Of a stretch of 64,000 nucleotides of DNA, positions 1-9,784 are shown piece after piece; the stretch's first letter is position 1, and each line of letters opens with the position of its first letter. The stretch is from Candidatus Acidiferrales bacterium. GTDB lineage: Bacteria > Bacteroidota > Ignavibacteria > Kryptoniales > JAKASW01. The DNA is taken from positions 45,703 to 109,702 of the forward strand of contig DATJAY010000016.1 in NCBI GenBank assembly GCA_035515795.1, read 5' to 3'. The position numbers and the translations under genes were made by a program. Below the pieces are notes generated by a model, which did not search any database, had not been told where the DNA came from, and saw only the letters and a program-made list of their open reading frames with translations.

Positions 1-234
1 TCTTTCGACGCGTCTCCTCAGGACGTGCTGAAGTTTCGCCAGGACAAATGGCAGATGCCATGGCTTCACGCATTCGCAGACCAGGGCTTCGACAGCAAAA
101 TGGCGAAGGATTTTGAAACCATCGGAATCCCGCACCCTATTCTTGTTGACACAGCCGGTACGATAGTGGCGACGGAAGAAGATTTGCGCGGCGAGAGTCT
201 TGAGAAGACGCTTGAGAAATATTTAGGAAAATAG
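1..234 (+). CDS. Thioredoxin-fold thiol:disulfide oxidoreductase (TlpA/AhpC-TSA-like), 3' fragment; 5' end outside window
   Basis: Frame 1 is open from base 1 to TAG at 232-234. The visible C-terminus (FETIGIPHPILVDTAGTIVA) has the G-I-P (cis-Pro) then LVD..G.IV pattern of TlpA/ResA-type redoxins. The CxxC region would lie upstream of the window. Confidence 0.5.
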   Translation, partial: SFDASPQDVLKFRQDKWQMPWLHAFADQGFDSKMAKDFETIGIPHPILVDTAGTIVATEEDLRGESLEKTLEKYLGK

Positions 235-277
235 GAGGAACGGAGCTGCTTCGCGGAGGTGTAAAAGCTATGGTATC

Positions 278-919
278 ATGACCTCCACGAGGAAAATCAA
301 ATGTATCAACGCGGAGATGCCTATGAAAACAATTAAAGAAGGGCAGTTCGTTGACATGTTGAAAGGGTCTGGGATTGAAATTGATCTCCGATATCCTCAG
401 TCGTCAGACTTGTCTTACGGCACTTACGACTATTCTCGTTTTTGGCTAGTTCCTCAGGAAGCTCGCAGAATCCCATACTTTGTAAAAACTATTATCGAAT
501 CAATCGATGAGTGGCAATTTGTCCACATATGGAAACATAGGGGGAGTTGGACAACGAAGATAAAAGGTGAACGGATAAATGATGATCTCCAGTCGATAAT
601 CTTTGCCGGGATAGGAATTCCGGATGCTACAGCAGATATAATTCTTCTAGATCGGAATGAATCTACCAGACTTATTGCGTTAATGTTTAATCAATTGGTA
701 TTTGGATGGGGCGTACAGGATGATATTTACATTATTCCGGATCATAGAAATGCTATAGTCAAAACAAGCCATCATAACGTGATTCACACGGAATTTCCGA
801 CTGAGACTCTATTGAACAAATTCATAGACTCAATGACCAAAGAAGGCTTCGATCTGCCGCGTGATATTCCCGATGCGACATTCAAAAGACCGAAATGGAT
901 GAAATCTAAAAATGGCTGA
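278..919 (+). CDS. Hypothetical protein, no family recognised; stop overlaps pbpC start
   Basis: 213-aa ORF with no competing ORF. Its TGA (917-919) overlaps the next ATG (912-914) as ATGGCTGA. Start is uncertain: ATG 323 has GGAG (313-316) 6 nt upstream. Confidence 0.45.
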   Translation: MTSTRKIKCINAEMPMKTIKEGQFVDMLKGSGIEIDLRYPQSSDLSYGTYDYSRFWLVPQEARRIPYFVKTIIESIDEWQFVHIWKHRGSWTTKIKGERINDDLQSIIFAGIGIPDATADIILLDRNESTRLIALMFNQLVFGWGVQDDIYIIPDHRNAIVKTSHHNVIHTEFPTETLLNKFIDSMTKEGFDLPRDIPDATFKRPKWMKSKNG

Positions 920-3356
920 CAGGATTTCCCGAAATCACGCGTGGCAATTGACAGTAGGGGCACTTCTGGCTGCTCTTATTATCTCCATTTTCATTCCCAT
1001 CCCTGCTGACCGGCTGTCTCCATTGCCGGTGGTGTCTCTCAGGATTACAGATCGAAATGGAGTTACGCTGCGCGAGGTTCTGTCCGATCAGGAAGGTCGT
1101 GCATATTGGCTGCGCTGGAATGAGATTCCGCCGAATCTGGTGAAGGCAACAGTCGCGGTCGAGGATTCACGCTTCTACGTGCATCCCGGCATCGACCCGA
1201 TTTCAATTCTAAGGGCGACCTACCAGGATTTAAGATCCCTGCGATTTGTCTCCGGCGGCTCAACAATAACGCAGCAAGTGGTCAGGAATATATATCACAT
1301 TCCTCATTCCATTTTCGGGAAGATCATAGAGGCATGGTACGCACTCCGCCTCGAGAGGACGTTGTCGAAACAGGAGATACTGCTCCAGTATTTCAACCGC
1401 GTCCCTTACGGCAACGGGACATTCGGTGCAGAAGCTGCGTCGCGTTTGTACTTCGACAAGCCGGCCAGTCATCTTTCTCTTGCCGAAGCGGCTTTCATGG
1501 CTTCGCTTCCGAATTCTCCGTCGGTCAGCAACCCATATCGCTCGATGCGCCGCGCACTTGAAAGGAAGCAATTCATTCTCAAGAGAATGTATGTGGAAAA
1601 AGTAATCGACGAGAATGAGTATGATGAAGCCGCTGCCGAGCCGATAAACGTCGTCGAGCCACAACGACACTTCCGCGCACCTCATTTCACCGAGATGGTC
1701 TTGAAAGCAATCCCCGAAGAAAAACGGCCGACCGTTTCTGTGGTGCGGACGACGCTCGATTACGATGTTCAAAATGCCGTGGAGGCATTCTTGAGAGGCC
1801 ATATCGCGTCGCTTCGCCGCAAGCATGTAACAAACGGATCAGTTATTGTGCTTGATAATTCTTCGGGAGACGTGATTGCTCTCGCCGGTTCGGTTGACTT
1901 TTTCGATTCGACGCACGACGGTCAGGTGAACGGCGCGCTTTCACTCAGGCAGCCAGGCTCAACGCTCAAGCCATTTACGTACGGCATTGCACTAGAAAGC
2001 GGACTGACTCCATCAGATATTCTTCCCGACTTGCCATATTCGGTCGGTGGAGAAGATGTGGCGGGAGCACGATTCAGTCCCGAAAACTATGATAAAAAAT
2101 TTCACGGCCCGGTTCGGGTGAGAACGGCTCTGGCGTGTTCGTACAACGTGCCTGCCATCCGGGTTGTGGAAAGAGTGGGAGTCGATGCACTTCTAAATCG
2201 GCTGCACGACGCGGGTTTCGCTTCGCTCGACAGGCCCGCTTCTTACTACGGGTTTGCACTTACGCTCGGAGATGGGGAAGTGACATTGCTGGAGCTCGCA
2301 CGAGCCTACTCTGCGCTTGCAAGGGGTGGGATTTTTCGGAATGAGAGGATAATTATTGACGAGCGAGATCTGTCCGGCGATACGACGCGTTTCGCAAAAT
2401 CCGACAGTGATGTCCAGGTTTTTTCTCCTCAGGTCTCTTACATACTCACGAATATGCTCAGCGACAACGATGCGCGGATCCCGGCTTTCGGGGTTGATTC
2501 GCCGATAAATTTCCCGTTTGAATGCGCCGCGAAGACCGGAACATCTAAAGACTACAAGGATAACTGGACTATCGGATTTACTCCACGGTGGACAGTTGGT
2601 GTCTGGGTTGGGAATTTCGACGGCAAGCCGATGAGGAAGGCCTCGGGAATAACTGGTGCCGGTCCGCTGTTCCATGATATCATGCTTTACCTTGAACAGC
2701 GCGGAACAGGCGGAGATTTTCGACGTCCCCCCGGCCTTGTTGAGATGAACGTGTGTCCGGCTTCCGGACTCTTACCGAACAAAAACTGTCCAGGCACGAT
2801 GAGAGAAATTTTTATCGAGGGTACCGAGCCGATGGACAGCTGCGATGTGCACAGGCTTTACAAGATTGACCGGCGCACGGGCACACTTGCGGATGCATCC
2901 ACGCCAAAGCAATTCACCGGAATGAAGCTTTTCGAAGTTTTTCCGCCGGTTTTCGACGAATGGGCATCGGAAGAAAAAATTCCGAGACCGATCCACAAAG
3001 CGGATATGCGACATATCGTGATGAACGACCGAGGCATCGTTGATCCCGGTGAAAGCGAGCACGCTTCAAAATCGGCCGACCCGGATTTCGCGATTACACT
3101 TCCCGAAGACGGCGCGATCTACAAGATTGATCCGGTCCTTCGCCGCGAATTCCAGACAATCAAGGTTACTATCGCTGCCGGCGTGCCGTACCATGATGTC
3201 GAGCTTGTTGTGGACGGAAAAGTTCTAGACCGGCATCTAGGTTCCAGTTCATACAATTGGAGTTTAGAGGAGGGTGAGCATTCGTTTCAACTCATCGGCG
3301 AAAAGGACGGAAAAATTGTCAAGAGTAAGGTGGTACACGTAAGGGTATTCTCGTAG
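912..3356 (+). CDS. pbpC: Penicillin-binding protein 1C (bifunctional glycosyltransferase/transpeptidase)
   Basis: GT51 motifs EDSRFYVHPGIDP and GGSTITQQ. Transpeptidase motifs SxxK (STLKP), SxN (SYN) and KTG (KTGTS). C-terminal extra beta domain typical of PBP1C. N-terminal TM anchor (LTVGALLAALIISIFIPI). Confidence 0.9.
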   Translation: MADRISRNHAWQLTVGALLAALIISIFIPIPADRLSPLPVVSLRITDRNGVTLREVLSDQEGRAYWLRWNEIPPNLVKATVAVEDSRFYVHPGIDPISILRATYQDLRSLRFVSGGSTITQQVVRNIYHIPHSIFGKIIEAWYALRLERTLSKQEILLQYFNRVPYGNGTFGAEAASRLYFDKPASHLSLAEAAFMASLPNSPSVSNPYRSMRRALERKQFILKRMYVEKVIDENEYDEAAAEPINVVEPQRHFRAPHFTEMVLKAIPEEKRPTVSVVRTTLDYDVQNAVEAFLRGHIASLRRKHVTNGSVIVLDNSSGDVIALAGSVDFFDSTHDGQVNGALSLRQPGSTLKPFTYGIALESGLTPSDILPDLPYSVGGEDVAGARFSPENYDKKFHGPVRVRTALACSYNVPAIRVVERVGVDALLNRLHDAGFASLDRPASYYGFALTLGDGEVTLLELARAYSALARGGIFRNERIIIDERDLSGDTTRFAKSDSDVQVFSPQVSYILTNMLSDNDARIPAFGVDSPINFPFECAAKTGTSKDYKDNWTIGFTPRWTVGVWVGNFDGKPMRKASGITGAGPLFHDIMLYLEQRGTGGDFRRPPGLVEMNVCPASGLLPNKNCPGTMREIFIEGTEPMDSCDVHRLYKIDRRTGTLADASTPKQFTGMKLFEVFPPVFDEWASEEKIPRPIHKADMRHIVMNDRGIVDPGESEHASKSADPDFAITLPEDGAIYKIDPVLRREFQTIKVTIAAGVPYHDVELVVDGKVLDRHLGSSSYNWSLEEGEHSFQLIGEKDGKIVKSKVVHVRVFS

Positions 3357-3390
3357 GCACGCGTGAGCTCCGCACGCTCCGAAAAGAGGC

Positions 3391-4488
3391 CTATCTTTGT
3401 TTGAACGCGTCGAATCGGATTGTCACAACGGTTCCTTTTCCCCGATGGCTGTCTATTGTGATTGCACCGCTGTGTTCCTGTACTATTCTTTGAGTAACGG
3501 CAAGCCCCAGTCCTGTTCCTTTGCCGGGTTCTTTTGTTGTGAAAAAAGGCGTGAACAGTTTCCCGAGATTTTCAGGCGTTATTCCTTCGCCCGTGTCCTC
3601 TATGGCGATGGCCACCTTTTTTGCGCTTCCTTCCTCTGTCGAAGTTTTTATCAGAAGCATTCCGCCCTTGTTCATCGCCTGGTAAGCATTGATGATGATG
3701 TTCAGGAAAACCTGATACAGGAGTGCTGGGTCTCCATAGACTTTCGGCAAATCATTTTCGAAAGCTGTTTTTATCTCGATTCCGTTTTTTGAAAATTGGA
3801 GCCGTACAAATTCGAGAACATTAGCGATGACGGAATTGAGATTGACGGGCTGAAGCGAAAGGATTTTAGGGCGTGCGAACTCCAGGAGTTGTCTGATCAG
3901 CACCGATATTCGCTTTGTCTGCTCAATGATGGTGGTCAATCCTTGATAACTGTCGTCGGATTCTTTCATGTCCATCTGGATGAACTCGGCATTTCCCGAA
4001 ATTATGTTGAGCGGAGTTCCGATCTCGTGGGCTATTCCGGCAGCGAGCTGTCCGATTGTGGCAAGCTTCTCGGTTTGGATTATCTGCTGCTCGAGATTTT
4101 TTCTGTCGCTCATGTCGGATTCTATTCCCATATAGCCGATTTTTTCGTCGTTGAGAAAAATCGGAGTTATGCTGAGCCATACCGGGATCTCGGCGCCGTC
4201 CTTCCTGCGGTTTATTATTTCCCCCTTCCACTGGCTGAATTTCGAGAGTGAATCCCACATTTGCTTGTAGAACTCACGCGTGGAATGTTTGGACTGAATT
4301 AAGGCAGTGGATTTGCCGACGGTCTCTTCGCGCGAGTATCCGTAAATTTTTGTGAATGCATCGTTGACCTCAATGATGGTCCCATCGACGTTCGTGATGA
4401 TGATCGCATCGGTGGAATGTTCGAACGCACTGTGGAACAGCTCGAGCCGCTCTTTGAGAGAATCCTCGATAGAATTTTCTTGCCTCAC
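3391..4488 (-). CDS. PAS-domain sensor histidine kinase (cytoplasmic, no TM segment seen)
   Basis: PAS S-box region (DAIIITNVDGTIIEVNDAFTKIYGYSREE). H-box AHEIGTPL. HATPase N/G boxes (NAYQAM, DTGEGI, GTGLGL). Confidence 0.85.
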   Translation of the reverse strand: MRQENSIEDSLKERLELFHSAFEHSTDAIIITNVDGTIIEVNDAFTKIYGYSREETVGKSTALIQSKHSTREFYKQMWDSLSKFSQWKGEIINRRKDGAEIPVWLSITPIFLNDEKIGYMGIESDMSDRKNLEQQIIQTEKLATIGQLAAGIAHEIGTPLNIISGNAEFIQMDMKESDDSYQGLTTIIEQTKRISVLIRQLLEFARPKILSLQPVNLNSVIANVLEFVRLQFSKNGIEIKTAFENDLPKVYGDPALLYQVFLNIIINAYQAMNKGGMLLIKTSTEEGSAKKVAIAIEDTGEGITPENLGKLFTPFFTTKEPGKGTGLGLAVTQRIVQEHSGAITIDSHRGKGTVVTIRFDAFKQR

Positions 4489-4560
4489 CCAGTAAGGCTC
4501 CTCCTCCTTTGGTTCACACTATTCTGCCAGAGGTGCGACACTTCGCGCCCCTTTCATATA

Positions 4561-5949
4561 CTAAACTGTTCTCGAAAAAATCGGTTTCTCTTTAATCATT
4601 TTTGCGAGATATGAATCGAATGCCATCGCGATATTTCTTATGACCAGCCTTCCCATCCCTTTAACGATTATCCGGTCGCCTGTCAACTCAAGCAAACCGT
4701 CGCGCAAGAATTCTTCCAGCTTGGGGAATGTTCCGGAAAAATAACGATCAAAATTAATCTCGAATTTTTCTTCGACCTCGCGCTTGTGAAGTTCCATATC
4801 GCACATGAGCCGCGTGATGACATGCTGCCTGATGACATCGTCATCGGTCATTTCATAACCCAGCACCGTCGGAAACCGATTCCCGTCAATGGCTTTGTAA
4901 TAATCGTTGAGTGATTTGTAGTTCTGTGCATAAACATGGTTGAATTGGCTGATCGCGGAGTTCCCGAAAGCGTACAGGTCGGCGCCGGCGTGAGTAGAAT
5001 ATCCCTGGAAATTCCGATAAAGCGTCTTCTTCTGCTGTGCGATGGCCAGTTCGTCGTCCGGTTTTGCGAAATGATCCATGCCGATGTAAACGTATCCCGA
5101 ATTTGTCAGGAGCTCGATCGTCATCTTCAGGATTTCCAGTTTCACCTCCGGCAGCGGCAGGGTGTTCTTGTCTATTAACTTCTGGTGAGGCTTGAGCCAT
5201 GGTACATGTGCGAAATTGAAGACCGCAATCCTTTCCGGCGATATCTCGATGATCTTTCTCAGGCTTCTTTCAAAAGATTCGAGTGTTTGGTACGGTAGCC
5301 CGTAAATCATGTCGAGGTTGATGCTTTTGAACCCGAGCTTCCGGCTCCAATCAACCGCATCTCTTGTGATTTCTTCCGGCTGAATCCTATTTACGGCCTC
5401 CTGGACTTTTATTTCAAAGTCCTGAACGCCCATGCTGGTACGGTTGAATCCTGATTCGCGGAGGGCCTGCATATGTTCAAAGGTCAGGCCGCGAGGGTCG
5501 ATCTCGACGCTTGCTTCGATGTCATCGGAGAAAGTGAAATGTTCTTTGATGGAATTTGCCAGCGAGACAATTTCGTCCGGGTCGAGATAGGATGGTGTGC
5601 CGCCGCCCCAGGCAAGCTGCCCGACTCTTCTATTTTTATTGAAATAAGGCGCGGAGAGCTCCATCTCCATTTTCAGGTACTTCAGGTATTCGGCGATTCG
5701 TTCACGGCTGTGAGTTATGAGCATATTGCATCCGCAGAAATAGCAGAGCGTGTCGCAGAACGGAATGTGGTAATAAAGAGACATCTCGGCGTTGCTGCCA
5801 GCGGAGTTGTTTCCCTTCAAGAAATGAAGAAAATCGTCGGCAGTGAAACTCGAGCTGAATGCCGGTGCGGGAGGATAACTGGTGTACCGAGGGCCGGGTC
5901 GATCGTATTTTTTTATTAACTCTAAGTCAATATTGTTTAATGTGCTCAT
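4561..5949 (-). CDS. hemN: Oxygen-independent coproporphyrinogen III oxidase-like radical SAM enzyme (HemN family)
   Basis: N-terminal YDRPGPRYTSYPP. Radical SAM CxxxCxxC (CDTLCYFC). GGGTPS motif. HemN C-terminal domain. 462 aa, the typical length. Confidence 0.9.
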   Translation of the reverse strand: MSTLNNIDLELIKKYDRPGPRYTSYPPAPAFSSSFTADDFLHFLKGNNSAGSNAEMSLYYHIPFCDTLCYFCGCNMLITHSRERIAEYLKYLKMEMELSAPYFNKNRRVGQLAWGGGTPSYLDPDEIVSLANSIKEHFTFSDDIEASVEIDPRGLTFEHMQALRESGFNRTSMGVQDFEIKVQEAVNRIQPEEITRDAVDWSRKLGFKSINLDMIYGLPYQTLESFERSLRKIIEISPERIAVFNFAHVPWLKPHQKLIDKNTLPLPEVKLEILKMTIELLTNSGYVYIGMDHFAKPDDELAIAQQKKTLYRNFQGYSTHAGADLYAFGNSAISQFNHVYAQNYKSLNDYYKAIDGNRFPTVLGYEMTDDDVIRQHVITRLMCDMELHKREVEEKFEINFDRYFSGTFPKLEEFLRDGLLELTGDRIIVKGMGRLVIRNIAMAFDSYLAKMIKEKPIFSRTV

Positions 5950-6105
5950 TCAATATCTTTGCAGGCATACATTTATATACTCGTAACAACAAAAAATTAA
6001 CGTCTGAGTGTTCCAAGGTCAAGGAAATCAAAAACGATTACTGGAAAAACCGCCAAGCGGCTTTGTTTTTGACCTTTGACTTTTGACTTCCGGTCTTTAG
6101 TTTAT

Positions 6106-6390
6106 ATGAGTCTTGAAGAGAGAAGCTACAACGTGCATTATCATCCCGCGAAAATATTGATCACGAGCAGTTTCATGATGATGATGACGATTTACTTAGT
6201 CATCGGGTCTCTTTGGGTGGCGTTCGGTCTGGCCTTTGAGCTCACTCTGGTCGAAGAACATCAGTCTTTTGAGATCGTTATGACTTCAGTTTCGATTTTG
6301 TGGTCGGCGGTAAGCCTGATAATTTCGCTGTACTTCATCAATCAGGTCCGTAGAATTATGAAAAGAGTAAGGCATGAAGGAAAAACTTGA
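6106..6390 (+). CDS. Small two-TM membrane protein, hypothetical
   Basis: ORF 6076-6390. ATG at 6106 (MSLEERSY) is the more plausible start. Two hydrophobic spans. The 3' end overlaps the prfA start by 17 nt. No family recognised. Confidence 0.35.
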   Translation: MSLEERSYNVHYHPAKILITSSFMMMMTIYLVIGSLWVAFGLAFELTLVEEHQSFEIVMTSVSILWSAVSLIISLYFINQVRRIMKRVRHEGKT

Positions 6391-7444
6391 GAAGATAAAA
6401 GCCCGCTATGAAGAACTCACAAATCTTCTGTCGGACTCTACCGTAATTTCAAATCAGGAAAAATATAGAGAGTTGAGCAAGGAAATCAGCGAACTAACCG
6501 CCCTCGTGAAAGCTTACGATGAATTTTTGAATTTGGAGAAAAGTCTCAGAGAGACGCGCGAGCTTTCCGATAACGCAGAAGACAACGAGATGCGCCAGCT
6601 TGCCAGGCAGGAGTCATTAGACCTGGAAGAAAAACTCTCCGAGAAAGAGGAGACACTGAAGGATCTTTTGATCCCGAAAGATCCCAATGACAGCAAAGAC
6701 GTGATTCTGGAGATTCGGTCCGGTACAGGCGGAGAAGAGGCGGCGTTGTTTGCAGCGGACCTTTACCGCATGTACAGCAAGCTCGCTGACAAGCGCGGAT
6801 GGAAAATGGAGACTATGGATTTCAACGACACCGGCATCGGGGGGTTCAAGGAGATTGTAGTCGGTGTCAGCGGGAAAGACGTTTTCGGCGATTTGAAATA
6901 TGAGAGCGGCGTGCACAGAGTTCAGAGAGTTCCCGTCACGGAGGCAAGCGGCAGGATCCACACATCGGCGGCAAGCGTGGTGGTCCTAGCTGAAGCGGAA
7001 GACGTCGAAGTCGAAGTTAACCCCGATGACTTGCGAATTGATGTTTATCGCGCGGGCGGGCACGGCGGACAAAATGTAAACAAGGTAGAGACGGCGATCA
7101 GGATCACGCACATCCCCACCGGAATAGTGGTTCAATGCCAGGATGAGCGGAGCCAGTTCAAGAACAAACAAAAGGCGATGAAGATACTTCGCGCTCGGCT
7201 TTACGATACCATGGTACAGCAGCGTGACTCCGAAATCGCTGCGAAACGGAAGACCATGGTGCGGAGCGGCGACAGGAGCGATAAGATTCGCACTTATAAT
7301 TTCCCGCAAAATAGAGTCACGGATCATCGTATCAACTATACAATCTACGATCTTCACTCTGTGCTTGACGGCAATCTGGACGAGCTGATCGAGCAGCTGA
7401 AACTTGCCGAGCATACACAACAGCTTGAGGCATCGCAAAAATAA
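6374..7444 (+). CDS. prfA: Peptide chain release factor 1
   Basis: RF1-type PxT tripeptide ([14 protein letters not shown]). GGQ motif (GHGGQNVNK). 356 aa. No frameshift site, so not RF2. Confidence 0.95.
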   Translation: MKEKLEKIKARYEELTNLLSDSTVISNQEKYRELSKEISELTALVKAYDEFLNLEKSLRETRELSDNAEDNEMRQLARQESLDLEEKLSEKEETLKDLLIPKDPNDSKDVILEIRSGTGGEEAALFAADLYRMYSKLADKRGWKMETMDFNDTGIGGFKEIVVGVSGKDVFGDLKYESGVHRVQRVPVTEASGRIHTSAASVVVLAEAEDVEVEVNPDDLRIDVYRAGGHGGQNVNKVETAIRITHIPTGIVVQCQDERSQFKNKQKAMKILRARLYDTMVQQRDSEIAAKRKTMVRSGDRSDKIRTYNFPQNRVTDHRINYTIYDLHSVLDGNLDELIEQLKLAEHTQQLEASQK

Positions 7445-7573
7445 AAACGACCGGCAAAGGTCACCCGCATCTTTTCGCTCCTCGGGTTTTCCAGCTCCGC
7501 AGACCCTCTATTCCTCTAAATTTCCCATGACATTCAAGAGATTTAATCGGGATGAACGTGTTGCGCCTCGGCC

Positions 7574-9784
7574 TTAACGCAGGAAAGCCAGAGCGCAAAT
7601 CGCAGCGGCCGCCGTCAGAATCAATGTTGTGAGAATACCGAAAATCGGTAAGAGGATCAAGCTTGCAACTAGAGAACCCACGCTTCCACCGATTAAGTCA
7701 GCCGAGTAAAGCCATGTCGCTGCTCTGTGTTGTTCTTCGACTCTGCTGCGGCTGACAAACGCGAAAATTCCCGACACAACGGCACCGTCCAGGATTAGCA
7801 TCACCGATGTGCTTAGAAAACTGTTGAGGAAACCTAGTTCGATCGAATAGTAGATAATTACGTTTAGTATGCCGAGCCCAAGGATCGGCAACGTACCCAG
7901 CCAAGTCCGTTTTCTTGCTCCCGGCTCCGAAGGACCGAGTGACTTGTTGATAACCAATGCTCCGAGAGTAAGCCCGATCATGAATGTCATCAGAAGAATT
8001 CCGATATCCTGGTACAGGATGCCGTTTTTGCTCTGGTAATTCAGAAGTAGCACTATCTCCGATATCATCCCTGCTGAGCCGGCTAAGAACATCAGAACAA
8101 ATCGTCGTGCCTTTGACCATCTCTTTCCGATCGCCACGATCGAAGCGACAATCATCGGGAACCAGAAAATCGGCGAACTCAGTAATTCAGCGATATGAAA
8201 GGCGCGTGCATCCGGCAGGGAGAACTCACCAAAAAACTTTGACAGCCATATTGAGATTGTGTAACCATAACAGGCGGGCCGAATGTCGGAATTGGGAGTA
8301 AATGACCCGGCAGAGAGGATTTTGTGTATTTCTCCAAACCTATCGTTAGTGTAGACATAATCGATGTACTCCGGTGTTACCAGCCTGGTATTGAGATTTC
8401 TGCCTCGGAATCGGTCGATGAGGACTGTCGGATCGGTGGTGAGTGTAGATTCTGATGCAATAAAGATATTTGTCATGCCGGGCAAGACTACCACACTGTT
8501 GAAAACGGATTCCAATGCACTGTAGATGCTCCCGTTTCTGCTCTGTAACTGAGGGGTCCATAAATTTTCAGCCGATGGAACTCGAAATGCTAGTGTACCA
8601 TCTTGATTCAATTTCCTGGAACATTGTCCGAAAAACTCTTTCGTATAAAACCGGTTGTTCTGTGCAGATGTAGGCTCCGGCATCGCAACCAGTATTGCGT
8701 CATACAAATGGGGTTGATCGAGAAACCGTCTTGGGTCTTGATAAAAAATCTTCACTCGTTCATTGTCCAAGGACTTATTGATTTCCGAGGGAAGGTGATT
8801 TCGGACGATGTCTATGATGCCTTTGTTTATCTCAACGTAGTCAATCTCATTAACCGGTAGTTTCAACAATTCGGATATGATACCTTCAAATCCTCCGCCT
8901 AGAACCAGAACCTTCTCAAGTTTTGTTGCCTGCAAAGTCGACAGCTGAACAAACTCCTCGGCTGCGGTCGTTTCCGTTTCAAAAGAAAGAGCATCATTCT
9001 CGAAGATGTTTACCTGTTCTTCTGAGGAGGTAACAGTCACGCGGCTGTATGGTGTGTCCCGAGACTCGATCAGGTAAGGATGATTCCACGAAGTCATCCT
9101 TTGATCGATCTGGTGATCGGCTGCGAACAAAATGAGGACAACCGCGAAGCCGCCTGCCGACAGATACTTCTGCAGAGAAGATTTTTCTTCCCATGAATAG
9201 AGCAGCACAACACCGAGAGAAAATGCCGAGCAAATGAGTCCTGCAGAAATGTTTTGGAAACCACAGAACAATAAAAGGGTGGATGATAATCCGCCGAGAA
9301 CGCCGCCGGCACTTTCGAGGGAATAAGCCTCCGCTAGAGTTCTGTTTTCGGCCAAAAATTTTCTGGCAGTGAACTGAAATAAAAGACCGGTGAGAATGCT
9401 CGACGGCAAAATTGCCAGCACCAATCCCGCCATTTGCAGCTGGAAGGGAAGATATCCGCCCGTCACGCCGCCGAACATTCTTCTAACACCGCGGATGAAG
9501 GCGATGTCGATCACGAGCACGGAGGCTATAAGGAGAAAGAGCATCCGGACATTTTTCTCTTCCGGTACGCGGGCGTGCCGTCCAAAGGCGGCACCGATCG
9601 CTGTACCGAGGAGCCAGAAACCGAGCGATAGAATATATACGAGCTCTATCCCGTAGAATGCCACGTCCAACTCCCGGAGAATTACAACCTGCCCGAGCAT
9701 AGAGACAAAACCGACGGTGATCAGATAAACCGGCGATGAAGAAATTCTTGCCAGTTTAATGAAACTGCGACTCGCTGAAGACAT
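7574..9784 (-). CDS. Polytopic membrane protein with central spermidine-synthase-like domain (fused MFS/spermidine synthase type)
   Basis: Multi-TM blocks at both ends flank a SpeE-like Rossmann core (VLVLGGGFEGIISELLK; DAILVAMPEPTSAQNNRFYTKEFF). The track ORF begins at 9937. I place the start at ATG 9784 (MSSASRSF...), which still overlaps the upstream stop (9756-9758). Confidence 0.7.
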   Translation of the reverse strand: MSSASRSFIKLARISSSPVYLITVGFVSMLGQVVILRELDVAFYGIELVYILSLGFWLLGTAIGAAFGRHARVPEEKNVRMLFLLIASVLVIDIAFIRGVRRMFGGVTGGYLPFQLQMAGLVLAILPSSILTGLLFQFTARKFLAENRTLAEAYSLESAGGVLGGLSSTLLLFCGFQNISAGLICSAFSLGVVLLYSWEEKSSLQKYLSAGGFAVVLILFAADHQIDQRMTSWNHPYLIESRDTPYSRVTVTSSEEQVNIFENDALSFETETTAAEEFVQLSTLQATKLEKVLVLGGGFEGIISELLKLPVNEIDYVEINKGIIDIVRNHLPSEINKSLDNERVKIFYQDPRRFLDQPHLYDAILVAMPEPTSAQNNRFYTKEFFGQCSRKLNQDGTLAFRVPSAENLWTPQLQSRNGSIYSALESVFNSVVVLPGMTNIFIASESTLTTDPTVLIDRFRGRNLNTRLVTPEYIDYVYTNDRFGEIHKILSAGSFTPNSDIRPACYGYTISIWLSKFFGEFSLPDARAFHIAELLSSPIFWFPMIVASIVAIGKRWSKARRFVLMFLAGSAGMISEIVLLLNYQSKNGILYQDIGILLMTFMIGLTLGALVINKSLGPSEPGARKRTWLGTLPILGLGILNVIIYYSIELGFLNSFLSTSVMLILDGAVVSGIFAFVSRSRVEEQHRAATWLYSADLIGGSVGSLVASLILLPIFGILTTLILTAAAAICALAFLR

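Noticed and set aside
1260-1826. 188-aa minus-strand ORF inside pbpC
   Set aside because: It overlaps the conserved GT51 domain of pbpC and has no motif or RBS.
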